Assembly: GCA_017654855.1 (NCBI GenBank)
Contig: CM030332.1
Span: 1,364,001-1,428,000, forward strand
Direction of reading: 5' to 3'
Origin: Podospora anserina
Lineage: Eukaryota
DNA length: 64,000 nucleotides
The position numbers and the translations under genes were made by a program. Of the stretch, positions 1 through 12,325 are shown piece by piece. Within the stretch, counting starts at the first letter, position 1; each line of letters begins with the position of its first letter. The notes under the pieces were generated by a model, which worked only from the letters and a program-made list of their open reading frames with translations, did no database searches and was not told where the DNA came from.

Positions 1-335
1 ACAGTGGAGACGTAAGGAACAGACCAATGAGATTGGGACCGGGGACCGCGGCGGGGCTCACGGTCCACGGTCCACTATCGGCCAATAGGGAGAGGACCGA
101 GGACCGTCTGGGAGTCAACGGTCCACGGTCTTTAGGTCTATATGTACGGAGGAACTGGCTGGTGTAGATAGACAGTTCCGCAGTATGCAATACAAGTCAC
201 AATCGTTGGTATCTAGACTGTTGTGATTGAGACAAGCCATTTATTGTACACTGTTTAGCTGTACCGAACCAGGATTGTTCAGAAGTGCCTTTAGCCAGTA
301 TCCTTTTCAGAGGTTCCGGATAGGGGTTCGTTACA
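1..335. mobile_element. 3' part of an LTR-like element (possible solo LTR), truncated by window start
   Basis: Non-coding, with short internal repeats (CGGTCCACGGTC twice, GGGACCG, CCAAT twice) and a TATA-like TCTATATGTA. It ends in ...TTCGTTACA at 335 (typical TG...CA LTR terminus), followed by an abrupt shift to AT-rich DNA. Confidence 0.5.
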
Positions 336-510
336 CTGGGTAGATATCTATAGTAATAGTAGCGGGGATTTTAGAAGCTAAATTTCTTAAGATTTTCACG
401 TATTAAATCCTAACCCCGGGATAGGAGGTACGTATAAGATAAGAGAAAACTAGATATAAGACTGGGAGGGCATATATAAGATATTGGGGGAGGCACCTTG
501 ATTAAGTCTC

Positions 511-547
<37 letters not shown>

Positions 548-580
548 AATATCTTTATAATTTTATTTAAATCTAAAGAT
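336..580. repeat. AT-rich, TpA-rich degenerate repeat relic (RIP-like) with (TA)n microsatellite at about 514-544
   Basis: TpA excess and CpA/TpG depletion judged by eye; perfect (TA)n run; adjacent to the LTR-like end. Confidence 0.55.
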
Positions 581-1231
581 TATGGGTGAAAGTGCTGTGG
601 ATGGGGGTCCGACAAGTTGAAATAGAGGTCCCGAAAAGTATTGCGCATAAAATGTTTTGACGTTTGTACTTTTTTACCATGGCCTACCAGCTTGCCTTGG
701 GGAAAGTAGCCCCCAAAGCAAGGGAGCACGTGCTCAATCTGTGGTCTTCATTCCTTGGCAACTTTCTGGAATGTTCACCAGTTGCAGGGTAATATTGAAA
801 CTGTGCATTTCCTTCCCCGGATTCTGATCGCCGGAACCATTCTAGCTGCAGGACATCCAACCGGTGAAGCTATGGCGTCATTGGGCTTTGGTGCCACAGA
901 GGCACAGAAAAGCCAATTAGCTCAGTTCTGAATCAAGCTTTTTCGGCATCGGGAACGGGCACTGGGGGAGATGGCGCGATTGGAGTGCGTTTAGACGTTT
1001 TCCCCCGGATCTTGAGGGTGGGAAGACCCGGATTGGGGGTGGGATCGTCGTTTAACAATTGAGGTTACGGTTACGGTAGGACGACTGCACAAGTTGACAG
1101 CTGGTTTAAGGGCGGGGGAGGGAGGAAATGGGATATGAAACTGGCCTTTTTTTCATCTTTTCAATTTGTTTGTTACTATTTACATGGTTCTTGTGTTGTT
1201 GTTTGCGAGTTCTGAGGTGAAGTGAGTTAGC

Positions 1232-2973
1232 ATGGTGGACAACAACGGTGCCATCACCGCAGCAAGCGGAAACAGCGACGGTGACGACAAGAAGGTTGGG
1301 GCTGGTGTAAACGGTGGGGGAGAAAACGAAAGAGACCACAACTCCTCCCTCTCTTCTGGCTCGGGCTCGGAGGAGTTCGACGACGCGATCCTACCTAGGG
1401 GGCAGGTCGATCCTGTGTATGAGGAGAAGGCGAGGATTCTAAACCGGGCGGTAATGTTTCCCCCCCCACTCTTCCCAATCATAATCATTACTAACTGAGA
1501 AAGCAGATCCAAGAAATAGGCATAGGACCCTACCAATACCTCCTCTTCCTCGTCGTCGGCTTCGGCTGGGCGAGCGACAACCTCTGGCCCATCGCCACGT
1601 CCCTCATCCTGCCCCCCGTCGCATTGGAATTCCTCCCTTCCCGCCCGGCATACCTCACCCTCGCGCAAAACATTGGGCTTTTGGCAGGGGCGATATTCTG
1701 GGGGTTTGGGTGTGATGTTTTTGGGAGGAAGTGGGCATTTAACCTCACGCTTGGGATCACGGCCGTGTTTGGGATGTGTGCTGCCTCCAGCCCAAACTTT
1801 GCGGCCATAGGGGTCTTTGCGAGCTTGTGGAGTTTTGGGGTGGGGGGAAACTTACCGGTGGACAGTGCGATCTTTTTGGAGTTTCTGCCGGGGAGTCATC
1901 AGTGGTTGTTGACTGTGTTAAGTGTGGACTGGGCGGTTGCGCAGGTGGTGGCTACGTTGGTTGCGTGGCCGCTTTTGGGCGGGATGACTTGTCAGGAGGG
2001 AGGAAACGGGGGTTGTGAGAGGGGGGAGAATATGGGGTGGAGGTGGTTTTTGATTGCGCTCGGGGGGTTGACGTTGTTGATGTTTGGGTTGAGGTTTGCG
2101 GCGTTCAAGATTTTCGAGAGTCCCAAGTTTTTGATGGGGCAGGGAAGGGACGAGGAGGCTGTGAGCGTGGTTCACGAGGTGGCGAGACGGAATGGGAGGG
2201 AGAGCGGGTTGACGGTGGAGGACTTGAGGAGGGCTGAGCCGGAGGGGTATGTGGCGAGGACAAATGTCAAGGTTGCCGTGAAGAGGAGGTTGGAGAATGT
2301 CAAGATGGAAAGGGTGAGGGTGTTGTTTTCGACGAGGAAGCTGGCGTGGTCGACGGGGTTGATTATGGCTATTTGGGCGTTTATTGGGTTGGGATATCCC
2401 CTTTACAATGCCTTCTTGCCGTATATTCAGGCCACCAGAGGAGCCGACTTTGGAGACGGGTCTACTTACCTGACATATCGTAACTCCCTCATCATTGCCA
2501 CTGTTGGCATCCCCGGAGCGCTTCTGGGAGGATATCTGGTCGAGCTGCCTCGCTTCGGCCGAAAAGGGACGCTGTCTTTGTCGACAGTCTTGACCGGAGT
2601 GTTTTTGTATTGCTCGACAACGGCACTTGACTCCCAATCGCTACTCGGCTGGAACTGCGCGTTCAACTTTACGAGCAATGTGATGTACGCTGTTTTGTAC
2701 AGTTTCACGCCAGAACTGTTTCCAACACCCCAGAGAGGGACGGGGAACGCTTTGACGGCTACGTGCAATCGCATTTTTGGCATCATGGCGGTGAGTCTTT
2801 CGTCATTGTTGATTGTGTGGATGGAATTGACTGACAATCTGTAGCCTATTGTGGCCATGTTTGCGGATCTACGAACTGCTGCGCCGGTCTACACCAGCGG
2901 CGCTCTTTTTATCGCTGCCGGAGTTTTGGTTCTTTTGTTGCCATTTGAGTCAAGGGGGAAAGCGGCGTTATGA
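1232..2973 (+). CDS. MFS transporter (SV2/SVOP-like sugar or organic ion transporter), 3 exons
   Basis: Exons 1232-1450, 1507-2790, 2845-2973 with GT..CTRAC..AG introns. Motifs DVFGRKWAF, GGNLPVD, ESPKFL, ELFPT..RGTG; multiple hydrophobic helices. Confidence 0.9.
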
Positions 2974-3314
2974 GCGGTTCTGAGGGGTAGCTTAGCCTCG
3001 TGATGTTGGACTTGACCGGCGTATTGGTTGAGGGGTAATGGACTTGGATATTATGATTGTAATGGCGAAAAGCAATGACATCTTGACTTTCTGAACCGAA
3101 GACTTGAGAGTAAAGGGTAGTTCTGTTAACCTTGTGGCTGCCTCGTGTTCCGTTATGCCCTTCCAGCTACCTAAATATACACATAATCGTCACATTCTTC
3201 TCCAAGATCCTACATCAGCCTTGCTTTCTCATTTTGTGCCATCATCCGTGATCTCATTCCATCCATTTGCTCCCCGTCACCCATCACCTTCATCCCTCGC
3301 ACAATAACCAGTCC

Positions 3315-3821
3315 TTAATGCAATGAAGTCCAAGCCCCGACCCCCAAAGCCCCCAACAGCATCCCCGTCCTTCCCAGATTCAACACCCCCCACCAATCCA
3401 CCAGCTCCTTCGCTCCCTTCTCCTCACTCTCACTCACCACCACCGCACCACTCGTCTTCACCCTCGCAGTCAGATCCGCCTCTCTCTTCAGCAGCGCGTT
3501 ATTAGTTCCCATCATCAGAGCCAAGGTATAAGGAATAACCCCCACGCTCAAACCTCCAGCTGTCGTCCAGAGGTTTCGATGAGCAGGTGACTTTGCAGCA
3601 AGGTAGAAAAACCCGATCGCCGAGAGGATGGACAAAGGCGGCATGTGGGATTTACCGGTTAGGAACACCTTCTTCCACTGCTGGAGCATGAGCGGGGTTG
3701 GGGAGGTAAGCAGCAAGGGGGTAATGAGGGTGGAGAAGGTGAGGGAGAGGCCGGTTGTGAAGGCTGTTAGGAGGAGGGTGGAGGTTTTGATGAGGGGGAG
3801 GGAAGGTTTGGAGAGGGACAT
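3315..3821 (-). CDS. DUF1772 / anthrone-oxygenase-like small membrane protein
   Basis: 168 aa; hydrophobic helices with QW...F..GK, IPYTL..M..TN..L and ELVDWW..LN.GR motifs typical of fungal DUF1772 proteins (recognised from memory). Confidence 0.75.
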   Translation of the reverse strand: MSLSKPSLPLIKTSTLLLTAFTTGLSLTFSTLITPLLLTSPTPLMLQQWKKVFLTGKSHMPPLSILSAIGFFYLAAKSPAHRNLWTTAGGLSVGVIPYTLALMMGTNNALLKREADLTARVKTSGAVVVSESEEKGAKELVDWWGVLNLGRTGMLLGALGVGAWTSLH

Positions 3822-4066
3822 TTTGATGGGTTTTGAAAGAGGTCAACTTTGGGAAAAGTAATGGTTTTTGGAGGAGATGTAACGGAGATGGTTGATGATG
3901 TTAACTGATAATTGTCGGACAAAGCGTTCAAAGTGGGGCACAAAGGTCCGGGCGGGATTGTCGGGATCGGCTGCTTTGGCTCCGGATGGCGGGACTCGGT
4001 GACCAATTCCCGATCCGCCCGAAAGTGTTGGTGACATCAGCACAGGTGCTCTCATGTTGTGTGCGT

Positions 4067-5037
4067 TCAGCCCAGCAGCACTGCGCTAGTGTATACATTT
4101 GGATCAGGCGCCGCACCTGCAGTGTTGGGTCCTGTGTCATTCTTCAAGAAGCAATAATGTCCGGCTGGTCGGCAGATTGTTAGCAAGGCTTTTTCTTGGA
4201 GAAGTTAAGAGCCCAAACCTACGCCTTTTCACCAACGACACAGCTTGACGAAGACTATCCCCTGGGGTAGGAACATTTTCAGCCAACGCAACACGGTATG
4301 AAAGATTGTACTCGGCGCAAATCTGGATGCACTGGTCCAGGCTCTCCACGCGGACTCGCAAAATATCGTGTGACCCGATAAGATAGGATCACATCGGAAA
4401 AGTCTGTTGAGCACAACTTCATAAAGCTTGCGTTTGAATAGGGCTTCCCGTTACCCTCGCGAGGTGTATATATCGTTACGTTAAAGCTCTGGGCAGCCGC
4501 CGTCTGTAGCCACAGTACCGACCCTGAGATTGCTGGGAACTGTACTAGATGGGATTACACCACTCGATGTTACTGTTGCCATAGTTTCACTTGTGTTGCT
4601 TTTGGGGGGTATCGTGGTTGTTGGTTCTGATTGCGATGTGCTGTTACAGTCAAGTCAGTCATCGAATGCTTTGCCAGCCGGGGTTTGCATACCTTGGTTG
4701 ATGACTCGCCGCCAACCCTCCAGCAAGACCGCCTCCATTTTCCGCCTGCCAGTATCACCACCAACCCGACCATGACTACCCAAAATACCTTCACCGGGAG
4801 CCCAAGGACCTTCGGCTGGTTTACCGGAGACTTTTCTTTGGTGGTGGATGTAATTTCATGGCCAAACGAAGCCCCGGAATATGGCCCATGATCTTGATGC
4901 TGCGGGTGTTCATGTGGTATTGCCTCCAGCCCAGGACAATGGAGCGATTGTGTTGTTGGGCTCTTGACTAGGCTTGATACGTGTAGTTTGTCAGAGAATG
5001 GAACACAGAATTTATCCGAAGGAGTGGATGGGAGCAT
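4067..5037 (-). pseudogene. Frameshifted single-pass membrane protein with Ser/Thr linker and Cys-rich extracellular domain
   Basis: TM segment LGLPVKVFWVVMVGLVVILAGG continues as GGGLAGGLAA only after a frameshift near 4740. DGGCPE / NVTIYTP / FMKLCSTDF / DILRVRVESLDQCIQICAEYN / YCFLKN lie in changing frames; two plausible introns. Confidence 0.6.
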
Positions 5038-6005
5038 TTTGTCTGCCGCACGTTGAAAAAAAGAAACAGAGGGTTATCAGACTTGAAGGGCTGGGGCAGT
5101 TCTGACCACTTAAAGCCTGTTGATCAAGGCTCCCATCTTGTTCTTAGGTTCGGCGACCTAAAGTCGGCGATGTGGCCAAGTGCTACTCTAGCTGCTGCTG
5201 TGCCGTATGGTTTGATGGAAAATAGATGAATTAAGATTCGCCATCGGCTCAGTCATAGTCTTCTGCACATATGCTTTGGCTTTGCCATGATGATCAGCAT
5301 GACGGTTGTGCCGTAGCAGCCCGGTCGACCATCTGGCGCGGCTGGTTGAACTTGGTGTAACAGTAATATGGCCAGAATCAAGGGGCACTCAAGCTAAAAT
5401 GAAGTCAATGGTAAGTAATGCTGTATTGAGCCCCCAAGTCCAGGGATAAACCGTTTGACAACCTGGAGAAGTTGCCTTCTACGACCTCAAAACCCACCCT
5501 CCCTTGTGATAGACATCAGGTTGCGATGACAGCCTGCGGTAGAAGCAGATTTTTAAAAAGAGTGTTCATAAGAGTCCGTTGTTATTCAATAGAAATTATG
5601 CGTAAATAGAACAGAATGTTAAGAAGTCGGAACTCAGCATCAGCTTTGAGAAATGAGATGAATATGAAGCTGAACCCACAGAAGCAGGTGTGAGCGCACA
5701 GACCATCCATCAAAATGCCAAGCTGCAGGGGTGTAACAGAAAAACTGGAGAAGACACGAACTGTGCACGGACAGCGTCAGCACGAAAACATCAGAAAAAA
5801 ATTGAGGCGGTTGTGATGCACTATAAGTGCAAACATCGCGGATTGAAAATGAGTTTTTTGGCCTTGTGTGCTTGTCGCCAACCATGATTCACTAGATGGC
5901 TTCTCAATCAAGGTGATAAAGTCCTTGCCCATCTACCAGCATTCTCCCCACTCCATTTTTGCCTCTGTGGCTGCCCGGCAAGAGCTGTTGTGAAAAAAAC
6001 TTACA

Positions 6006-7688
6006 ATGGCGCATCACACCAAGCGCTCTCACAACAATAGACTTGTTGTCAATGGCACTGCCATTGTCAACCACCCATCATCGACGGGTGTTGCTGATGC
6101 CACGCTTGCCCAACAAACTGCCTCCTTTTCTCACACCCTACTTGCTCGCAGAACCAATTCTTCCTGCAACAAGTCGAAAGCAACAACCACCAACTCTTAC
6201 ATCAAAACATCTGCCAAAGCATTTATCCCTCTTCTATCTTCCTTGTCCTCAATAGCTGCTGCTCACACGACCAGTCTCAAAAAGTCCCGACTTTCATCTG
6301 GGCCCCAGACCTTGTCTTCTGCGACCACTAAGTTCCTGTACAAGAGACTCCGCAAGCACGACCGCGCGACCTCCTCCTATTTTCAGAAAAGAAAGCAGTG
6401 GAAGCGCACTCACCGCCGTGTTGCTGTCAGAATAATGACTTCTCCTAGCCAACCCGGCCTCCCTGCGGCCTATGAGCCTTTGTCAGATGAAGAGACGGTC
6501 AACCAGCCCATTTCAAGCAGCGCCAATTCTTCCAGGAGCACCTCGCCTTCGGATAGCAGCAGTAGTCGCCAGCAATCAGAGTCTGTCACCTCAGTGTCTA
6601 GCTTTGCGTCTTCGCAAAAGAGTACCGATGGCAAGTCTGAGGAGGTAGAGGAGAAGGAAAGAGTCAAAACCAAAGTCGAAATTAAGGTTGAGGCTGCCAG
6701 CATCAGCACTCAAGCCACCGAGGCAGCTGCCATCACTACCAGCGACACCAGAACCAACCCGGCCAAGAGGAAACATGAAGAGACTGAGGATGACCCGACG
6801 CCTCAGCCGAAGAAGGTTGTGAAGTCAATCAGGCTGGTTATTAAGAAACCCACTGTCGCTATCTTGCCGCCGCCCTCTGCGATAGGCGCCGCCACCGAGG
6901 AGTCCCCTCTGACGTCTGGAGCTCGGGCTAGCCCACCATCTCCCATGGCAACTGCTGTCGCTAAGCCTACCACCAAAATCATCCTCAAGCGGCCTTCTTC
7001 CAGCGTTGCCCCCCCAGTCATGACCACAGCCGTTGGCAATAACGGGGATCACGGGGAAACGGCCAAGCAGAAGAAGTTGGATAAGGGGAAGCGCAAGCTC
7101 ATCGAACAAGAGGATGACGATGACGAAGAGACCATTCCCGCCCCAAAGAAGGCCAGATACACCAAAAACACCTACCAGGGTCCAGACAAGCCCTTGCAAA
7201 AGATGGAGTATTTTGAGCGCCGTCGTCACGAAATGCTTGCTGATCCTCTTGGGTATGACGACCTCGTTCGGGACACGAATAAGCAGCCTGATGCCTACAC
7301 CCGAAAGAAGTTCTTGCGATGGGAGAAACATTACCGACACCCCAAGCCTGAGAAGTTTGAGATGAGCGGTGCGCTCAATCCGCCAGACATGACTTCTGCA
7401 CTTGCTGGCACCCCCAAGAAGAAGGGGGGAGAGAGCCTCTCCAGGAATGCCCGGAAGCGCGCTCACAGGAAGAGAGCTGAGGAGGAAGCCAATGCTTTGC
7501 GTCGGGAGAAGTCACGGGAAAGGACCACATCTGGCGGGGAGACAGAGGGCGAGGAGAAGCTCACTGGGAAGGGAAAAGGGGTCGCCAGGATTGGGCAGGG
7601 CAAAGACACCAGTATAGGTTATAACAAGCAACAACAACAGCGCATGAAGAGCACCGGTAGACAATACAATGGCGGCTCAGATTATTGA
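6006..7688 (+). CDS. Hypothetical low-complexity Ser/Lys/Glu-rich protein (start 6006 or 6435)
   Basis: 560-codon uninterrupted ORF with several basic NLS-like clusters (PAKRKH, PKKARY, RKRAHRKR); no recognisable domain. Confidence 0.6.
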   Translation: MAHHTKRSHNNRLVVNGTAIVNHPSSTGVADATLAQQTASFSHTLLARRTNSSCNKSKATTTNSYIKTSAKAFIPLLSSLSSIAAAHTTSLKKSRLSSGPQTLSSATTKFLYKRLRKHDRATSSYFQKRKQWKRTHRRVAVRIMTSPSQPGLPAAYEPLSDEETVNQPISSSANSSRSTSPSDSSSSRQQSESVTSVSSFASSQKSTDGKSEEVEEKERVKTKVEIKVEAASISTQATEAAAITTSDTRTNPAKRKHEETEDDPTPQPKKVVKSIRLVIKKPTVAILPPPSAIGAATEESPLTSGARASPPSPMATAVAKPTTKIILKRPSSSVAPPVMTTAVGNNGDHGETAKQKKLDKGKRKLIEQEDDDDEETIPAPKKARYTKNTYQGPDKPLQKMEYFERRRHEMLADPLGYDDLVRDTNKQPDAYTRKKFLRWEKHYRHPKPEKFEMSGALNPPDMTSALAGTPKKKGGESLSRNARKRAHRKRAEEEANALRREKSRERTTSGGETEGEEKLTGKGKGVARIGQGKDTSIGYNKQQQQRMKSTGRQYNGGSDY

Positions 7689-7851
7689 TCATCTTTTATT
7701 TTTATTTTCTCCCACTGTGGGAGGAGCATCGTGGCGTGGGAGGAGCATCGTGGCGTGGAAGCTTTGGCCAAGGGCTGGTTCTTGGCTGGTGCCATGGGGA
7801 ATCGATCCTTTTTATTCACCTTACCCGCGTTCAATGTATCTTTGAACGACA

Positions 7852-7883
<32 letters not shown>

Positions 7884-8152
7884 AACGATCACAACACCAT
7901 CTTGTTAAGCCTATGCACTTGCTTACGTGTCTCCCCCCGTCTGTACTGTCTTCAGTTTGAGTTCGTCCATTTTGCTAACAGTATGGTCGGCCACGCGAGT
8001 TCGTAACAAGCCTCCGCCATGATGGAGCCACCTCTCAAGCCGCTATCTGAGTGAAACCCTTTCTCTCCTGTCCCATGGTCGCGTGATAAGCTTTCCTCCT
8101 CTCACCACTAGCCTCATCAAAAATTTGCAACGCAAGACATACAGTTAACAAT

Positions 8153-8871
8153 ATGGATCCGGGGTACGTGGCCCTCTTCATCTATCCCGACACCCGTGTG
8201 CCATCGATCGAGGGCCCAGACGAATTTGCGGTCACCATGACATATCCGTTCGGAATATCCTGTAAGTTCCAAGATCCCATATGCGAGAGGACGACTGACC
8301 ATCTGTGGTAGTGGCGAATCCCCAGCTCAGGGGTCGATATGAGACCGAAGATGAAGAGACCTCCCCACAAGCCCAGGTCACGGAACGACAGGCTGTTTTC
8401 CCAACTGATGAGCTCGGTTCTCGAGGCCGGAAAAGAGGCTACACCCTCGCGCACCAAGACGATTAACAACCGGCTCCCATTCTCCCAGGACACTTGGAAG
8501 GTTTTCTCCACAACGAGGAGGAATACGCTCGGCTCACCAAGAGGGGGCGATACGAGTTTGCCAGGTCTGGAAAGGAGCCTCGCTTCGAGGATATTATGGC
8601 AAACTTGGAGGATTTCATGGCAAGCTTAGAAGATCACTTGCCCGAGCCTCAGACCACTGAAAACAGATACACCCCAGCAATCTGTCCGTGTGGCGTTGAG
8701 TACTGACTGATTCCGTATTGGGAGAGGGATAAGAAAAACTGGATCTGTCGATGGGCTGCGTTGATCTAGGATGATGACGGGGACGGGAGATATGATCACG
8801 ATTGTTCGTTGGGACCTATATGGACGACATTCAAGCTCGATTTCTGGAAGTTGGTCTTACCAAGCGAATGA
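8153..8871 (+). pseudogene. Orphan family module A (interrupted by in-frame stops; AT-donor intron)
   Basis: ATG 8153; phase-1 intron 8262-8311; in-frame TAA 8464; putative phase-2 intron 8667-8726 starting AT; TAG 8767. Motifs VPSIE, RKRG, EEE..RLTKRGR, LGPIWTT shared with neighbours. Confidence 0.5.
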
Positions 8872-8951
8872 TAGCCCCTTTCTTGGGGTGGAACCCATGG
8901 GACAAGTGCTGGCGGGCGGGCGGGGACTCTATTCACTGAGTTTACTGATCA

Positions 8952-9507
8952 TTGATTGATAACCCTATCTCCTCCGCCATCAGACTCGCCACGGAGCCGT
9001 CTACCAGTTTTGTTCCCGCCAACTATACCGGCTTCGACGTTGAGTCGGTGCTCATGGAGAAGTTGCCCAGCATTGAGCAAGCGACTACTGCCACAATTTG
9101 CGACCCCGACATCCCGCTTCCCCCGGTCGAGCTTGAGGATGCAATCGCCCCCAACTATATCTATCGAGAGCTGAAGGACTTGGTAGGTTCAAGACCGCGT
9201 AATACATATCATGATGAACGTACGGTGTTTACAGGTCCTGATCTCGCGGGGTTTATACCTTTGACTCCGTTCATTGGAGAAATGTTCGAAACCAGCTGCC
9301 CAAGAGGTGACGCCGCCGTTATCTGGAGGCTTTCTACCAGCTCACGAGCCGGCCCTTCACAGTTGCAAGAGAAAGCGTTACAACAAAACGCCATACCCTC
9401 GCAGAGACCCTAAGACCGGCTACGTGGCTCCCATCCTTCTGAGAGGGCAGCTCAAAGTCGAAGATGATGAAGAAGATGGCCGAGAGCTGAAGAAGCCAAG
9501 AGATTGA
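8952..9507 (+). pseudogene. Orphan family module B
   Basis: IPLPPVELED, then putative intron 9183-9234 (weak branch site), in-frame TGA 9262, then KRKRYNKTPYPR...APILLRG...DDEEDGRELKKPR, similar to modules A, C, D, E. Start uncertain. Confidence 0.4.
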
Positions 9508-10255
9508 TTCACTCCTGTGGGGGCAAAGAACCTCGATTTCAGAATGGGACGACAGAAGTGTTACTCTTGAATATCATTCAGGGATCAGGCAAACCTCGGG
9601 TTGGGATGATTGTAACAGCACGCTCGAGCTGAGTCTGTTGCCTCGAGTGGATGAGGACTTTGCCTGGGATGGCTATAAATATAAACATTTGTTGCTTGTA
9701 CTGTTTCGTTGCCGCCATGACTACCACTTCTCTGACCCGTGAACACTGGTGGAAGTTCATGGTCTGCGTGGAATTTCCATATTCACGTGATTGTTTATTT
9801 TATGTTGCCATTGCTTCCCTCCCACGCTCAAACTTCGAGTGTCGTCCCAGCCCTCAGGCAGACGCGCGTGGTCCGCGTCAGGTTGCTCCTTCCTCAAGTT
9901 ACTCCGTGCCATTCAGAAGAATATCTTGCTATTGTTCATCTGAATAATAATAGGGCAATGACGGCAGGGGTCGACGGAGCCGATGAACTTTTTTCCTGTT
10001 GCAGGAAGAACAGTCTCTTCCCACCACCGCTCTCCTCTCACAGATCTATTCCCAGATCTCTGCCCAGCTCTCTCTTCCCACCGACTTTTCCATTCACTGC
10101 CTCCTTTAACCAGATCTTGTCGACAATATACGTCGAGCTTCACTCTCATTATTCGTCATCGCCAGGGTTGAGACCAGTGTCTTCACACCGACCAATTCTC
10201 GGAATACTCCATCCTTGCCGCAGTCGCAACCAGCACCTCTTCAAAAGTCGCTACC

Positions 10256-11470
10256 ATGAGATTCGCCGGCTGCTACGGTGATAACCCCCGTACCGCGCTG
10301 TTCCCCTGGTACAAAGCGCTTGGAGACCTGATAATTCCTGTTCCTTCGATCGCCTGTGACGAGCGCGATGTGCCCATCCGGTCGATGGAGCACGAAGGAG
10401 ACCATGCCTTCAAACCACGCGCGGGAGCCGGGCGATTTGGTAGGCTCGGGATATTCAGTATCAGAAAAAGCCATACTGACAATATTAACAGCTGAGTTGG
10501 TTGCTTCACAGTTCGATTCTTCTCCAGCTCAGAAGCACGATACCCCGTGGGCTGGATCGTGGACGGAGGCGGCCAAGAATGCGTCTGAAGCCATCAAGAC
10601 AGGGTTTATTTCTACGACTCAGTCTCGGAATAATTACAGCCAGAAAAGAGGCTTCAGGAATAGCTCTTATCCTCGATAAACCCGAGGGACTGATCATGTG
10701 CCTGTTCTTTTGGGAGGGTCCATCGACAACACCAGCGAGAGCGATGAGGAGGAGCATTTTCGTCCGACCAAAAATATGCGTTTCCAAGCGACTTAGATTT
10801 CCCATGATGACCATCAGGACCAGGAAGGCAATGAAGGAATCGAGTCAGGAGACAATATTGAGGAAGATGACGGCCAGTATGCCGATTCGCTGTCTTTCTC
10901 GCCACCCAACAGGTTTGGCCCCTGTTTATATATTGCTGAGTACCTATCATAAACAGCCTTTACTAACTAGAAACCGTAATAGTGACGACAAAATCCTCAC
11001 CGATGCCTGGCTGGAGTCCATTGTCGATCTGAACCCAGCCGATCACGAAGCCGACACTGATGACCGAAACTTCATTAAGGCCTCGCTGGAATCCGTTGTC
11101 GGCTTGAGACCAGCCGATTATGAAGCCCAGAATGACGACAACGCCTTTGATAGGTTTGTCTTTTCCTATTCACATACTGCTCAGCTACTATCATGAACAC
11201 CCTTCGCTGACTAGAGACTGTGGTAGCGACGAGAGTAGCCTCATTGGGGCCTGGTTAAATTCCATTGTCGACCTGAGCCCAGCCGATCACGAAGTCTGGA
11301 ACCACGATACCGTTTTGGGCGGCCCTGTCTTCCATAGCCGTTATACAACCGCCAGCCGTTCTGTGTCTTGCAGATCATGCGCCAGTCTTGGCCGTTCTGT
11401 CTCTTGCGGCTCGTCCGCTATTCATAGCCGTTCCGTTTCTGACGGCTCGTCAGTAGCTCTTGGCCGCTAG
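10256..11470 (+). pseudogene. Orphan family module C (4 exons, two in-frame stops)
   Basis: ATG 10256; introns 10440-10491, 10913-10982, 11154-11226 all keep frame; in-frame TAA 10677 and TAG 10794; three WLESIVDL.PAD-type repeats. Confidence 0.55.
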
Positions 11471-12325
11471 AGAAAGCTTTATGGGGGGCCTTCTGGGATT
11501 TTATACAGAATGCGGTCGCACAGCCGTTTGGCTTGCCCTAGCTCATAGAGTTTTCTCAACTGGTAGGAGGAACCAAGATAGATAAACGTACTGAATATCA
11601 TATTTTGTGTCAGAACGTGTGTCCCCCAGATTACTTCGGGTACCTATAAGACAGATCAAGACGATTAAAATGGAAGTATTCTGGATATATATCCTCTAAC
11701 TCTGAGCTATGGTCCGTCATCAAAAGATGACTTTTACATTGAGGACGTTGTAATTGTTGACAATTCTTGGCATCTCTGTACCTCCCTCCAGCTTTGACCT
11801 GAGAGAGTGGAGGACGGACTTTGAGTAGATAGTTTGTGATTCCTAAGCTCAAGCCTCCACCTTCAGAATTGAAGAGATTCGGCTCAGGTAATAACGGGAG
11901 TGAGGATATATAAATACGGATTTGAGATCACCCATAGGGCAATGTCAGGCTACTTCGTCGTGTAAGCGTCGTAGGGAAGTCAGCTAGACCAGAAGTTAAA
12001 GCACGTGGTTGATGAATTCTTCATAGATTTCAACTTGCTCCGCGCTATCCACTTGAGCATCTTGCTATTGTAGGCTGGAGCAACAATAAGAGCAATACTT
12101 ATTGAAGGGTGGGCCGTGGCCGACTGCTCCTCTCAAGTGAATCGGGACAGTACCTTTTCTCTTGAAATATTTTCTTTTGTCACCTCTCATCTTCGACCTT
12201 CTCTTCACAGAGCATCCGTCCTCAGAATTTGGGCCCGCTGCTTGTATCGATCGGTTCGCACCTTTCAACCTTCAATCGACATCCCCAACCATAACAACAG
12301 CTCGAGATCCTTCAGCACGACCAGC

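Noticed and set aside
7717-7884. 19-bp duplication (GTGGGAGGAGCATCGTGGC twice) and (TGTCGA)n run; small ORFs over them
   Set aside because: Simple slippage repeats in a probable 3' UTR; the VDVDVD and CRCRCR peptides are repeat artefacts.
9739-10281. 180-aa ORF upstream of module C
   Set aside because: Non-ATG start, CT-rich promoter or UTR-like composition, and no motif shared with the family.
10501-11196. 231-aa ORF as a single-exon gene
   Set aside because: Its first two thirds are off-frame relative to the family motifs and it runs through an evident intron; only the WLESIV exon appears to be real coding sequence.
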